Below, one piece after another: positions 7,478-16,297 of a DNA stretch of 36,703 nucleotides. Each line of letters begins with the position of its first letter. Position 1 is the first letter of the stretch. Origin of the DNA: Campylobacteraceae bacterium (lineage in GTDB: Bacteria; Campylobacterota; Campylobacteria; Campylobacterales; JALSKU01); contig WFMT01000186.1 of assembly GCA_015488975.1 (NCBI GenBank), positions 1-36,703 of the forward strand, written 5' to 3'. Position numbers and translations under genes: made by a program. The notes below the pieces were generated by a model. It was not told the origin of the DNA and did not search any database. It was given only the letters and a program-made list of their open reading frames with translations.

Positions 7478-9046
7478 TTACCTTGCATATCCAACGGCTC
7501 TTAGCTCTCTTATAACATTTACTTTTATTTCACCAGGATATTGTACTTTTTCTTCTATCTCTTTTGCTATCTCTTTAGATATCAAGACAGCTTCATCATC
7601 ATTTACAAGTTTTGCATTGGCAATAACCCTCACTTCTCTTCCGGCGTTTATAGCATAGGCTTGTTTTATACCGTTTTTAGAAGTTGCTATCTCTTCTATC
7701 TCTTGAACTCTTTTTAAGAAGCTCTCAAGCACTTCTCTTCTAGCTCCAGGCCTTGCCGCACTTAAGGTATCTGCTGCACAAACTGCTGCTGCTTCTATAC
7801 TTTTTGGTTCTTCATGTCCGTGGTGGGCATATATGGCATTTATCACAACAGGATGCTCTTTATATCTTTTACACAAATCCGCACCTAAATCTACATGACT
7901 ACCTGCAAAATCGTGAGTTAATGCTTTACCGATATCATGAAGCAATCCTGCTCTTTTAGCAAGTTGTTCATCTCCTCCGAGTTCTGCTGCGATAATACCG
8001 GCTAAATGTGCAACTTCAAGAGAATGTCCAAGTGCATTTTGTCCATAGCTTGCACGAAATTTTAATCTCCCTATAAGTTTTACTATTTCCGGATGTATTT
8101 TATTGAGTCCCATATCTATAACAATATTTTGCCCTTCTTCCAATAAACTTTGCTCAAATTCAGCTTTAACTTTTTTGTAAATATCTTCTATTCTTGCCGG
8201 CTGAATCCTACCGTCTTCAACCAATAATTCTATAACTTTAGTAGCTATTGCTCTTCTATAGAGATTGAAACTGCTCAATATAATGGCTTGAGGTGTATCA
8301 TCTATGATAACATCAACTCCCAAAAGCATTTCAAGAGTTTTTATATTTCTCCCCTCTTTGCCGATAATCCTTCCTTTTAATTCATCATTTGGAAGATTGA
8401 CCACATTGATAAGCCTTTCTGCAGCAAAATCACCAGCAAATCTCGTAGTAGCTTGAGCTAAAATAAAATTGGCTTTTTTCTTTCCTTCTTGCTTAGCCTG
8501 CTCTTCATATTTTCTAACTATATGAGCTATCTCATCACGAGATTTCTCTTCAACTTTTTTAAGTACAATATTCTTTGCTTCTTTTTCAGTTAGGCCGGCT
8601 GATTGTTCAAGAACTGCTAATGCTTCCGCAATTTTTGCCCTATATTCTTGTTTAAGATCTTTAGCTTCTGATACTTTTTGCTCTACCTCTTTTTTGATAT
8701 TTTTGATTTCATCTTTTTCTTTAGTTATATTTTTCAATTCATCTTTAAATAATTCATTTAGAGTTTCATCTTTTTTCTCAAGTTGAATCATTTTAAGCTC
8801 ATACTCTTTTTTTAAGTTTATGTTTTGCTCTTCAAATTTATTTTTCGCTTCCAACTCCAAATCTTTTGCTTGCAAAGTTGCATTTCTAAGTATGATTTCT
8901 GCTTCATGTTCAATCGCTTTTGCTTTTGCTTTTGCTCCCGCTTCATAAACCTCAAATTTTGAAGCTTCCAACTGCTTTTGTATTAATGCACCTATTACTC
9001 CTCCTATGAGTACACTTGCGGCGGCTATAGAAATCTCTATTAACAT
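7478..9046 (-). CDS. rny: Ribonuclease Y.
   Basis: 522 aa. N-terminal TM helix, long charged coiled-coil, KH domain (GKEGRNIKTLEMLLGVDVIIDDTP) and HD domain (HSLEVAHLAGIIAAELG...LLHDIGK). Confidence 0.9.
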   Translation of the reverse strand: MLIEISIAAASVLIGGVIGALIQKQLEASKFEVYEAGAKAKAKAIEHEAEIILRNATLQAKDLELEAKNKFEEQNINLKKEYELKMIQLEKKDETLNELFKDELKNITKEKDEIKNIKKEVEQKVSEAKDLKQEYRAKIAEALAVLEQSAGLTEKEAKNIVLKKVEEKSRDEIAHIVRKYEEQAKQEGKKKANFILAQATTRFAGDFAAERLINVVNLPNDELKGRIIGKEGRNIKTLEMLLGVDVIIDDTPQAIILSSFNLYRRAIATKVIELLVEDGRIQPARIEDIYKKVKAEFEQSLLEEGQNIVIDMGLNKIHPEIVKLIGRLKFRASYGQNALGHSLEVAHLAGIIAAELGGDEQLAKRAGLLHDIGKALTHDFAGSHVDLGADLCKRYKEHPVVINAIYAHHGHEEPKSIEAAAVCAADTLSAARPGARREVLESFLKRVQEIEEIATSKNGIKQAYAINAGREVRVIANAKLVNDDEAVLISKEIAKEIEEKVQYPGEIKVNVIRELRAVGYAR

Positions 9047-9605
9047 ACTGCTTTCCCCTTGTAATATAAATTTTTTCAGGAGTTACATAAAAATCAGATT
9101 GTATATCGTATGTGTTTGTGATAACTTTTTTATTAAAACATTTTTCAATCTGAACAAAAATTATTATCGGCTTATACTCAAGACTCGCAAAAAACCTATC
9201 ATACATGCCTTTGCCAAAACCAACTCTTTTATAGTTCGCACCAACTCCTAAAACAGGAACTATAGCTATATCAATTCTTTTATTTTTAAAAAAAGAATTA
9301 TTTGGCTCTTTTATAGAAAATCTTTTCTTTTTCAATGGCAGTCTGTATTTTACAATTTTAAAACTGACACCTTCCATAAATGGCACGAAAATGTTACATG
9401 ATTTACGCATTTTTTTTATAAAATCATTTATGTTTACTTCAAAACCCATAGGTAAATACAATAAAATATTTTGAACTTTTATACTTTTTATAATCTCATA
9501 AAGCTTATTTTGAACTTTTTTATCTTTGTATATTTTTGCAATTTTAGCACTTTTTTCAAGTTTCTTTTTACATTCTTGTCTAAAAACTTTCTTTTTTACA
9601 AACAT
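8952..9605 (-). CDS. 5-formyltetrahydrofolate cyclo-ligase family protein; its 3' end reads 95 nt into rny.
   Basis: 217 aa. The family-like C-terminal core is GFGKGMYDRF...YDIQSDFYVTPEKIY. The ORF has no stop until 8952, which is inside the rny coding region. Confidence 0.6.
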   Translation of the reverse strand: MFVKKKVFRQECKKKLEKSAKIAKIYKDKKVQNKLYEIIKSIKVQNILLYLPMGFEVNINDFIKKMRKSCNIFVPFMEGVSFKIVKYRLPLKKKRFSIKEPNNSFFKNKRIDIAIVPVLGVGANYKRVGFGKGMYDRFFASLEYKPIIIFVQIEKCFNKKVITNTYDIQSDFYVTPEKIYITRGKQYVNRDFYSRRKCTHRRSNRCINTKAVGSFKI

Positions 9606-9639
9606 AATTCATATCCTTTGGTCATTTTTTATTTTATAT

Positions 9640-9648
9640 TGGTATAAT
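9640..9648 (+). promoter_or_regulatory. Extended -10 promoter (TGGTATAAT) for the tlpA-like/ftsY/radA gene string.
   Basis: TGnTATAAT match at 9640-9648, 30 nt upstream of the ATG at 9678, within an AT-rich divergent intergenic region. Confidence 0.45.
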
Positions 9649-9677
9649 ATCGAAATATTTTACACATAAGGTTACCA

Positions 9678-10250
9678 ATGAAACAAATTTCATTTATTAT
9701 TATATTGATGAGTATTTTAGTTTTTAGCGGCTGTGAAAACCATAAAAATAATACCGACAATACAAAAAAAGCAAAAAACTCAACTGTGGCCAAACAAACT
9801 AAACTTAATAATTCGAATCAAATAACACTTCATTCAGTTGACGGCAATGACTTAACGCTTATAAAAGATGGCAATAATTTAAAAATAAAAGGGATGAAAA
9901 ATAAAGTAATTTTATTGGATTTTTTTGCTACTTGGTGTCCTCCATGCAAAGCTGAAATACCGCATCTGGTGAATTTACAAAAAAAATATAAAAATAAATT
10001 ACAAGTCATATCTGTTTTATTAGAAAATAATAAACCAGACAGTGAAATCAAAAGCTTCATAAAATATAACTCCATAAATTACATCATAACAAACGGCCCG
10101 AACAATTATAAACTTTCATCAATGATGGGAGAAGTTCAAAATATTCCATTTATGATTTTGTATAATAAAAAAGGGAATATTGTCACTCACTATCTTGGAG
10201 CTATTCCCGAAGAGATGATAAATTCTGATTTGGAAAAGGTTATAAAATAG
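9678..10250 (+). CDS. TlpA/ResA-like periplasmic thiol:disulfide oxidoreductase (thioredoxin fold), probable lipoprotein.
   Basis: 190 aa. Signal peptide with lipobox-like VFSGC. Thioredoxin active site WCPPC. AhpC/TSA-like surroundings (VILLDFFATWCPPCKAEIPHL). Confidence 0.8.
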   Translation: MKQISFIIILMSILVFSGCENHKNNTDNTKKAKNSTVAKQTKLNNSNQITLHSVDGNDLTLIKDGNNLKIKGMKNKVILLDFFATWCPPCKAEIPHLVNLQKKYKNKLQVISVLLENNKPDSEIKSFIKYNSINYIITNGPNNYKLSSMMGEVQNIPFMILYNKKGNIVTHYLGAIPEEMINSDLEKVIK

Positions 10251-11137
10251 TGTTTAACTTTATAAAAAAATCTTTAGGTAAAACTATTGATGCTATCAAG
10301 AATATTGCACCAGAAAAAAAAGAAAAAATTCCAAAAGATGAAATAGAAGATATTTTACTTGAAGCTGATGTAACATACGAGGTAGTAGAAAAAGTTTTAT
10401 ATTATCTGCCACCTTCAAATCTTATCGAACGAAGTGATTTAAAAAGAGTCTTATTGTCTTTTTTTATTGAAAATACAAAGATAAAAAACATAGAGCAAAA
10501 ACCTTTTGTTGAGTTGATACTTGGAGTAAACGGAGCCGGGAAAACAACAACTATCGCCAAATTGGCAAAATTATACAAAAATGAAAATAAAAAAGTTATT
10601 TTAGGGGCGGCTGATACTTTTAGGGCTGCCGCAGTTGAACAACTTAGAAGATGGGCTGCAAAACTTAACATCCCAATAGTTGCAACAAAACAAGGTCATG
10701 ACCCTTCAGCTGTAGCTTTTGATACTATTAAATCAGCTATTGCGAAAAATTTTGATAATGTTTTGATAGACACTGCCGGGAGGCTTCACAACCAAACAAA
10801 TCTCTCAAATGAGATAAAAAAAATAGTTAGAATTTGCGATAAAGCAAAAAGCGGAACTCCTCACAGAAAGATTTTGATTTTAGACGGAACACAAGGAAAC
10901 TCTGCAATTTCTCAAGCAAAAGCTTTTAAAGAGATAGTAGGTATAGATGCCATTATAATAACAAAACTAGACGGTACAGCAAAAGGAGGAGCACTTTTTA
11001 GTATTGCCAATGAATTAAAACTTCCAATACTTTATATTGGAGTCGGGGAGAAAGAGGATGATTTAGTAAAATTTGACGCCGAAGAATATATAGATAGCTT
11101 GCTTGATTCATTTTACCTGAGCGAAACAGATGGCTAA
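10250..11137 (+). CDS. ftsY: Signal recognition particle receptor FtsY (short form, NG domain only).
   Basis: 295 aa with a GTG start overlapping the upstream stop. SRP GTPase motifs GVNGAGKTTTIAKLA, DTAGR, TKLDGTAKGG. Confidence 0.9.
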   Translation: MFNFIKKSLGKTIDAIKNIAPEKKEKIPKDEIEDILLEADVTYEVVEKVLYYLPPSNLIERSDLKRVLLSFFIENTKIKNIEQKPFVELILGVNGAGKTTTIAKLAKLYKNENKKVILGAADTFRAAAVEQLRRWAAKLNIPIVATKQGHDPSAVAFDTIKSAIAKNFDNVLIDTAGRLHNQTNLSNEIKKIVRICDKAKSGTPHRKILILDGTQGNSAISQAKAFKEIVGIDAIIITKLDGTAKGGALFSIANELKLPILYIGVGEKEDDLVKFDAEEYIDSLLDSFYLSETDG

Positions 11138-12479
11138 ATCAAAACAACTTTTTGAATGTCAAGCTTGTGGATATCAAACATCAAAATGGATGGGTAAATG
11201 TCCAAATTGTGGTACTTGGGAACAAATAATTGAGCTTAATAAAACACAAATAGAAGTTTTGAAACAGATGAGCACTGCTACGGCAAACTATGAAAAAGCT
11301 CAATCATTAGCAAAAATTAAAGAAGATGTGATACAGAGATATTCATCTCATTCAAAAGAGTTAGATTTAGTGCTTGGCGGCGGCATAGTTCCTGGAAGTT
11401 TAGTGCTCATTGGCGGAAGCCCCGGAGTAGGTAAATCCACACTTCTCTTAAAAATAGCTGGAAATTTGGCAAACTCAGAGAAGAAAGTACTTTACATAAG
11501 CGGAGAAGAATCAAAATCACAATTAAAACTAAGAGCAAATAGATTGGAAGTCAACCACTCAGATATATTTTTGTTAACAGAAATAAAACTGGAAAATATC
11601 TTAGCAGAATGTCATAATAGTGATTATGCTGTTATCATAGTGGATTCGATACAGACAATATATTCTGAAAAATTGACCGCAGCACCAGGAAGCGTATCTC
11701 AAGTAAGAGAAATTACTTTTGAACTTATGAGATACGCGAAAGAGAAAAATATCGCTATTTTTATCATAGGACATATCACAAAAGATGGTGCAATAGCCGG
11801 TCCTAGGATATTAGAGCATATGGTTGATACTGTTTTGTATTTTGAAGGAGATGCATCAAAAGAGTTAAGGCTTTTAAGAGGTTTTAAAAACAGATTTGGA
11901 TCAACTAGTGAAATTGGAATATTTGAAATGAGTCAAAAAGGCTTAATAAGTGCAAATGATATCTCTAAAAAATTTTTTACAAGAGAAAATTCATCACCTG
12001 GTTCAGCTATAACAGTCGCGATGGAGGGGACAAGACCTATTATACTTGAAATTCAGGCTTTAGTGAGTGAAAGCAACTTTCCAAACCCAAAAAGAAGTGC
12101 AACTGGCTTTGAATTGAACAGGCTAAACATGCTTTTAGCATTACTGGAAAAAAAAATAGAACTTCCGTTTAATCATTATGATGTTTTTATAAATGTTTCA
12201 GGAGGCATTAAAATAAATGAGACAGCATGCGATCTTGCCGTAGTGGCTGCAATACTTAGCAGCTTCAACAATAGACCGCTCAGCAAAGATACAATCTTTT
12301 TAGGAGAAATTACTCTTATAGGCAATATTAGAGATATTTTCAATCTTGACTTAAGACTAAAAGAAGCAAAAATGCAAAATTTTAAAAAAGCGATAGTACC
12401 TAAAAAGCCTATTAGTAATATCAGTGAACTAAAATGCTATGAAGTAAATGAAGTTTCAAAGCTGATTGACTGGATGTAG
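11130..12479 (+). CDS. radA: DNA repair protein RadA/Sms.
   Basis: 449 aa. N-terminal zinc finger CQACGYQTSKWMGKCPNCGTW, Walker A GGSPGVGKST, KNRFG motif, and a Lon-like C-terminal domain. Overlaps ftsY by 8 nt. Confidence 0.9.
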   Translation: MAKSKQLFECQACGYQTSKWMGKCPNCGTWEQIIELNKTQIEVLKQMSTATANYEKAQSLAKIKEDVIQRYSSHSKELDLVLGGGIVPGSLVLIGGSPGVGKSTLLLKIAGNLANSEKKVLYISGEESKSQLKLRANRLEVNHSDIFLLTEIKLENILAECHNSDYAVIIVDSIQTIYSEKLTAAPGSVSQVREITFELMRYAKEKNIAIFIIGHITKDGAIAGPRILEHMVDTVLYFEGDASKELRLLRGFKNRFGSTSEIGIFEMSQKGLISANDISKKFFTRENSSPGSAITVAMEGTRPIILEIQALVSESNFPNPKRSATGFELNRLNMLLALLEKKIELPFNHYDVFINVSGGIKINETACDLAVVAAILSSFNNRPLSKDTIFLGEITLIGNIRDIFNLDLRLKEAKMQNFKKAIVPKKPISNISELKCYEVNEVSKLIDWM

Positions 12480-12546
12480 ATTTTATACAATCATATATTT
12501 TAATCGTATAATTAAAGATAATTTTATAGCTTATTTTAAATTATTT

Positions 12547-12555
12547 TGATATAAT
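12547..12555 (+). promoter_or_regulatory. Extended -10 promoter (TGATATAAT) upstream of the 96-aa ORF/fliL/acpS string.
   Basis: TGnTATAAT match, with TATAAT at 12550-12555, about 50 nt upstream of the ATG at 12606. Confidence 0.4.
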
Positions 12556-12605
12556 TTTTGTACGATTTATTTTGCAATAAGGTTAATTAACAACAAAGGT
12601 TAAAA

Positions 12606-12896
12606 ATGAGTAAGAAAAAAGCTTGTATGAGAGCTTATCATGAAATGGAAGAAAGATATGCTATGCTTGAAATTAAGTATTTTAATGAAGAGCAAAGCAA
12701 AGAAATCAACAGTGTTGTAACAAAAGCAATTAAGCATTTTGAGGTTTCTCCGGATATTATGATTGAACATGATGATGACAATAATGATGAAGGTGTTTTT
12801 ATCTTAGAATTTCATGATGATTATGATAAAGAATCGGGAGCTTTTTTTGAATCAATAATTAAAGAGTTAAATATAGATAAATGCTCTATTGACTAA
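12606..12896 (+). CDS. Hypothetical small acidic protein.
   Basis: 96-aa ORF with an AAAGG SD. Very acidic central run (EHDDDNNDEGVFILEFHDDYDKE). No motif I recognise. Sits upstream of fliL. Confidence 0.45.
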   Translation: MSKKKACMRAYHEMEERYAMLEIKYFNEEQSKEINSVVTKAIKHFEVSPDIMIEHDDDNNDEGVFILEFHDDYDKESGAFFESIIKELNIDKCSID

Positions 12897-12943
12897 TTTA
12901 TAAAACATCCGATATAACTGTATATATCAAGTAAAGGAATTTT

Positions 12944-13471
12944 ATGGCTGAAGAAAAAAAAGTTGATGAAGAACCAAAGAAATCAGGATCTAAATTAGTA
13001 TTAATCATTATAATTATACTTTTGGTACTAATTTTAGTAGGAGGTGGGATAGCTGCTTATTTTTTACTTTCAGACAATACTCAACCGCCAGTAAACAATG
13101 CACCACAAGCTCAGGCTCGGACTAATAATCAAAATAGAGTTACGAGCAGAAATTCTGATTTAACCCAAATAGGACCTGTATATCCGCTTGATCAGTTTAT
13201 TGTAAACTTACTGAGTCAAAATGGATCAAGATTTTTAAAAGTAAAGATGGATTTAGAACTCAGTGATGCCAAACTAACAGCTGAACTTGATAAAAAAAAG
13301 CCTTTGATACGCGATATAGTTATACGAACTTTAACATCTAAAACATATCAAGAAGTTAGCACAGGCAGAGGAAAAGAGAAACTAAAAGATGAGCTTGTTG
13401 ACAGAATAAACAGTGTTTTAGCAGATGGAAGTATAAAAAATATATATTTTACAGAATTTGTTGTCCAGTAG
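12944..13471 (+). CDS. fliL: Flagellar basal-body-associated protein FliL.
   Basis: 175 aa. Charged N-terminus, a single TM helix (LVLIIIIILLVLILVGGGIAAYFLL), and a FliL core (YPLDQFIVNL...RFLKVKMDLELSD...IRDIVIRTL). Followed directly by acpS, as in Helicobacter/Campylobacter. Confidence 0.8.
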   Translation: MAEEKKVDEEPKKSGSKLVLIIIIILLVLILVGGGIAAYFLLSDNTQPPVNNAPQAQARTNNQNRVTSRNSDLTQIGPVYPLDQFIVNLLSQNGSRFLKVKMDLELSDAKLTAELDKKKPLIRDIVIRTLTSKTYQEVSTGRGKEKLKDELVDRINSVLADGSIKNIYFTEFVVQ

Positions 13472-13849
13472 ATGGTTGGAATTGATATAGTTGATATCGA
13501 AAGATTTGATCAATTTTATAAAAAATTTAAAGATAAAGCACTTGAGAGATTTTTAAATCAAAATGAAATAAATCTTTCGAAAAAAAAGATACAAACAATA
13601 GCCGGTTTTTTTGCAAGCAAAGAAGCCATCTCAAAAGCTCTTGGAACAGGAATTGGAAAAGAGCTTTCTTTTCATGATATACAAATCCATAAAACAAAAC
13701 AAAACGCACCCTACTTCACCCTTCCAAAACAAATCATTGATAAATACTCAATCACCGAAACTTCACTCTCAATAACGCACGAAAAAAAATATGCCATAGC
13801 TGTTGCATCAATAAAAAGTGACAAACATTTTCATACACTTTATCACTAA
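13472..13849 (+). CDS. acpS: Holo-[acyl-carrier-protein] synthase.
   Basis: 125 aa. MVGIDIVDIERF N-terminus, FASKEAISKALGTG, SLSITHEKKYAIAVA. Its ATG immediately follows the fliL stop. Confidence 0.85.
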   Translation: MVGIDIVDIERFDQFYKKFKDKALERFLNQNEINLSKKKIQTIAGFFASKEAISKALGTGIGKELSFHDIQIHKTKQNAPYFTLPKQIIDKYSITETSLSITHEKKYAIAVASIKSDKHFHTLYH

Positions 13850-15115
13850 CTAATGCATTTTTATCCTTTGTTGAACTTGTTGGTGATAAGATTCCATCAC
13901 ATCAGTACTATGTTTTGTAATATCCAACTTACACATTGGCTTAAATGGTTTTATAACAGGAGGAGGTGTATTTTTTAGGATATATCTATCTATATTTTTA
14001 TCCATTTTTTCTTTATAAGCAATGAAAGATTTTTTTGCTTTTCCCCAAAGTCTTTTTGTTGCTTTTTGCACAACAAGCTCTGGATTGATAGCTCTGCCAT
14101 ATCTGTAAACTCCAAAATGTAAATGAGGCCCGGTAGAGAGTCCTGTAACACCTACATAACCTATAATCTGTCCCTGTTTTACATATTTACCTACTCTTAT
14201 GCCTCTTTTAAAGCGTTTTTGATGAGCATACAAAGTTACATAGCCATCGCCATTTGATATTTTTATGACATTTCCGTATCCTCTTATCCATCCGGCATAA
14301 ATAATCTTTCCAGATGCTGCCGCATGTATAGGAGTGCCTATCACTACGGCATAATCAACACCAAAATGTGGTCTGTAAATATGTAAAATAGGTTGCCATC
14401 TTCTAAGTGAAAAAGTTGAACTTATCCAACCACCTTTTACCGGCCTTATAAAAATAAATCCTTGCAGCTGGTGTCCTCTGCTATCATAATATCTTCCGTG
14501 AAAATTATATACATAATGTTTAGTTTTACCTGTTTGCACCATTGCTGCTAAAAGCTTTGGCATGGAGAAAACATGACCGAAACGATACTTTTGATCGTAA
14601 ACCATTACAACTTTATCGCCTTTGTGAATATCTCTTTTAAAATTTATAGATTTTTTAAAACTATCAAGAAATATTGAAGCTAAACTTCTGGAATTTGTAT
14701 CTTTTAAAATATCATAATATGGTGAATTGTTGATATGTAGGACAAAACCTTCTTGTTTTGTTGTACTTATGATAGGTATCAGCTTAAAGGTTGAATGTAT
14801 ATTATTTTTAACTATATGTATCTGAAGTTCATCACTTATAGGTATCAAAACCTGTTCTACAGTACCGTTAGAGTCTTTTAAAACTTGATAATGAGTTCCT
14901 TTTTGTATTTCAGCTATAGCTCGTTGATTATCGCCACTTAAGTTATAATATAATTGTTTTAAAGGTAAATGATTTTCCTGTAAAAATTTAAGATATGAGT
15001 TTCCATCCCACCTTAAGTACTGCACTTGCGATGCAAATGCTATAATAGGCAAAATCAAAATAATTAAAAATCGAATCATTACACTATCCTTAAAAAATTT
15101 TATCATTATATCCAA
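13850..15115 (-). CDS. M23 family metallopeptidase (peptidoglycan endopeptidase) with a signal peptide.
   Basis: 421 aa. Motifs HFGVDYA (HxxxD) and TGPHLHFGV (HxH). N-terminal hydrophobic leader. Confidence 0.8.
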   Translation of the reverse strand: MDIMIKFFKDSVMIRFLIILILPIIAFASQVQYLRWDGNSYLKFLQENHLPLKQLYYNLSGDNQRAIAEIQKGTHYQVLKDSNGTVEQVLIPISDELQIHIVKNNIHSTFKLIPIISTTKQEGFVLHINNSPYYDILKDTNSRSLASIFLDSFKKSINFKRDIHKGDKVVMVYDQKYRFGHVFSMPKLLAAMVQTGKTKHYVYNFHGRYYDSRGHQLQGFIFIRPVKGGWISSTFSLRRWQPILHIYRPHFGVDYAVVIGTPIHAAASGKIIYAGWIRGYGNVIKISNGDGYVTLYAHQKRFKRGIRVGKYVKQGQIIGYVGVTGLSTGPHLHFGVYRYGRAINPELVVQKATKRLWGKAKKSFIAYKEKMDKNIDRYILKNTPPPVIKPFKPMCKLDITKHSTDVMESYHQQVQQRIKMH

Positions 15116-15181
15116 GATAAGCTAACACAATGTTTTAGTAAAAAATCAATTATTTTTAGAAAGTTGGCTAAAAGGGACAGA

Positions 15182-16207
15182 TTATTTTCTAAAAATTATA
15201 CACTTAAATCTCTCTCCCAAAAAAGCTGGATCTATAAGCAGTTTGACTTTATTTAGTTCATTTAAGTAAACTTTTTCGCCGCTGTTTTGTTTTAATAGTT
15301 CAAGCAATTCTATAAGTCCAAATTCCACCAATGCTTTCATTTGAGTCATATAGTCTGTATTTTTTATATCTGTATTTTTAAAAGCGTCTATCAAGTGGGT
15401 AAAGTGTACATCATGCGTTATATCGCTTTTTTTGTATAGTGACTTTAAATCAATTCCATTATGCTCAAGTTTATCATCTCTTGCAAATTTTGTGAGTGAA
15501 AAAAAAGGATAAACCTTGTGTTTATCATAAACTCTGAGTGAAAAATCACTTCTTGCTTCTTTTTCTCCATAATCAAACGCAACAAATTCAAATCTCTTTA
15601 TACTTTTAGATAAATTTTTTGCAAATTCTTCATATCCGACACTTATCTCACCATTTTCAATACCGTATCTTTTTGATAAATTTTTTGTAAATAGTGAAAG
15701 CTTATCAAAATAAGGATCCAAATCATCATTTACATAAAGCATTTTATCATCTTTAACAACCTCACAAGCAAACGCATCAAATATCTCATTTGCAACTACA
15801 AAAGAAGACTCTAAGGTTATCTCATCAAAGGATGAAAAAAAGTCAAACTTTATCATATCACCAAATGACTCTCTTAAATATCTTTTTTGAATTTCCTGAA
15901 GTTTGTATTGTGGCTCTAAAATAGCAAATTTTAAAGTTTGTATAAGCTTTGGCTCAAGAGTAAATATAAACTGGACAATATCAGCCAAAAGATATCCTTT
16001 ATGAGCACCTATCTCCAAAACAGTTGAATTTTCAGTCAAAAAACCTTCTTTTATAGTTTTAAGAAGCTTTTTTGCAATACTTCCTCCAAAAAACATACTA
16101 CTGCTGACTGATGTATAAAAATCTCCTTTTTTACCTATCTCTTTGTATTGTGCATAATACCCATCTTTATCATAAAGCCATTTTTCCATAAATTCACTAA
16201 ATTTCAT
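15182..16207 (-). CDS. SAM-dependent methyltransferase, MidA/NDUFAF7-like (COG1565/DUF185) family.
   Basis: 341 aa. N-terminal F..FM..WLY...GYY......G..GDFYTS signature and VLEIGAHKGYLLADI. Confidence 0.6.
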   Translation of the reverse strand: MKFSEFMEKWLYDKDGYYAQYKEIGKKGDFYTSVSSSMFFGGSIAKKLLKTIKEGFLTENSTVLEIGAHKGYLLADIVQFIFTLEPKLIQTLKFAILEPQYKLQEIQKRYLRESFGDMIKFDFFSSFDEITLESSFVVANEIFDAFACEVVKDDKMLYVNDDLDPYFDKLSLFTKNLSKRYGIENGEISVGYEEFAKNLSKSIKRFEFVAFDYGEKEARSDFSLRVYDKHKVYPFFSLTKFARDDKLEHNGIDLKSLYKKSDITHDVHFTHLIDAFKNTDIKNTDYMTQMKALVEFGLIELLELLKQNSGEKVYLNELNKVKLLIDPAFLGERFKCIIFRK

Positions 16208-16290
16208 ATTTATTTCTCCTTTTCAAAGATGTAAAATCTTTGAAAATTCCTCTCACTAAAGCTTTGCCTATCGGCAAGAGTATAAAAATC
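16208..16290 (-). repeat. Intergenic repeat family A, copy 3.
   Basis: CTCC(16216-16219)-TTTTCAAAGAT(16220-16230)-GTAAA-ATCTTTGAAAA(16236-16246)-TTCCTCT...TTGCC-TATC-GGCAA(16264-16277). Fills the gap between the TolC-like stop and the methyltransferase ATG. The SD lies 8 nt from the ATG. Confidence 0.8.
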
Positions 16291-16297
16291 ATAATTT

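Noticed and set aside
12909-12917. Sigma28-like -10 element (CCGATATAA) upstream of fliL.
   Set aside because: No TAAA-type -35 lies at the expected ~15-nt spacing. A 4-6 nt CGAT match is weak evidence in isolation, and fliL may simply be co-transcribed from the promoter at 12547.
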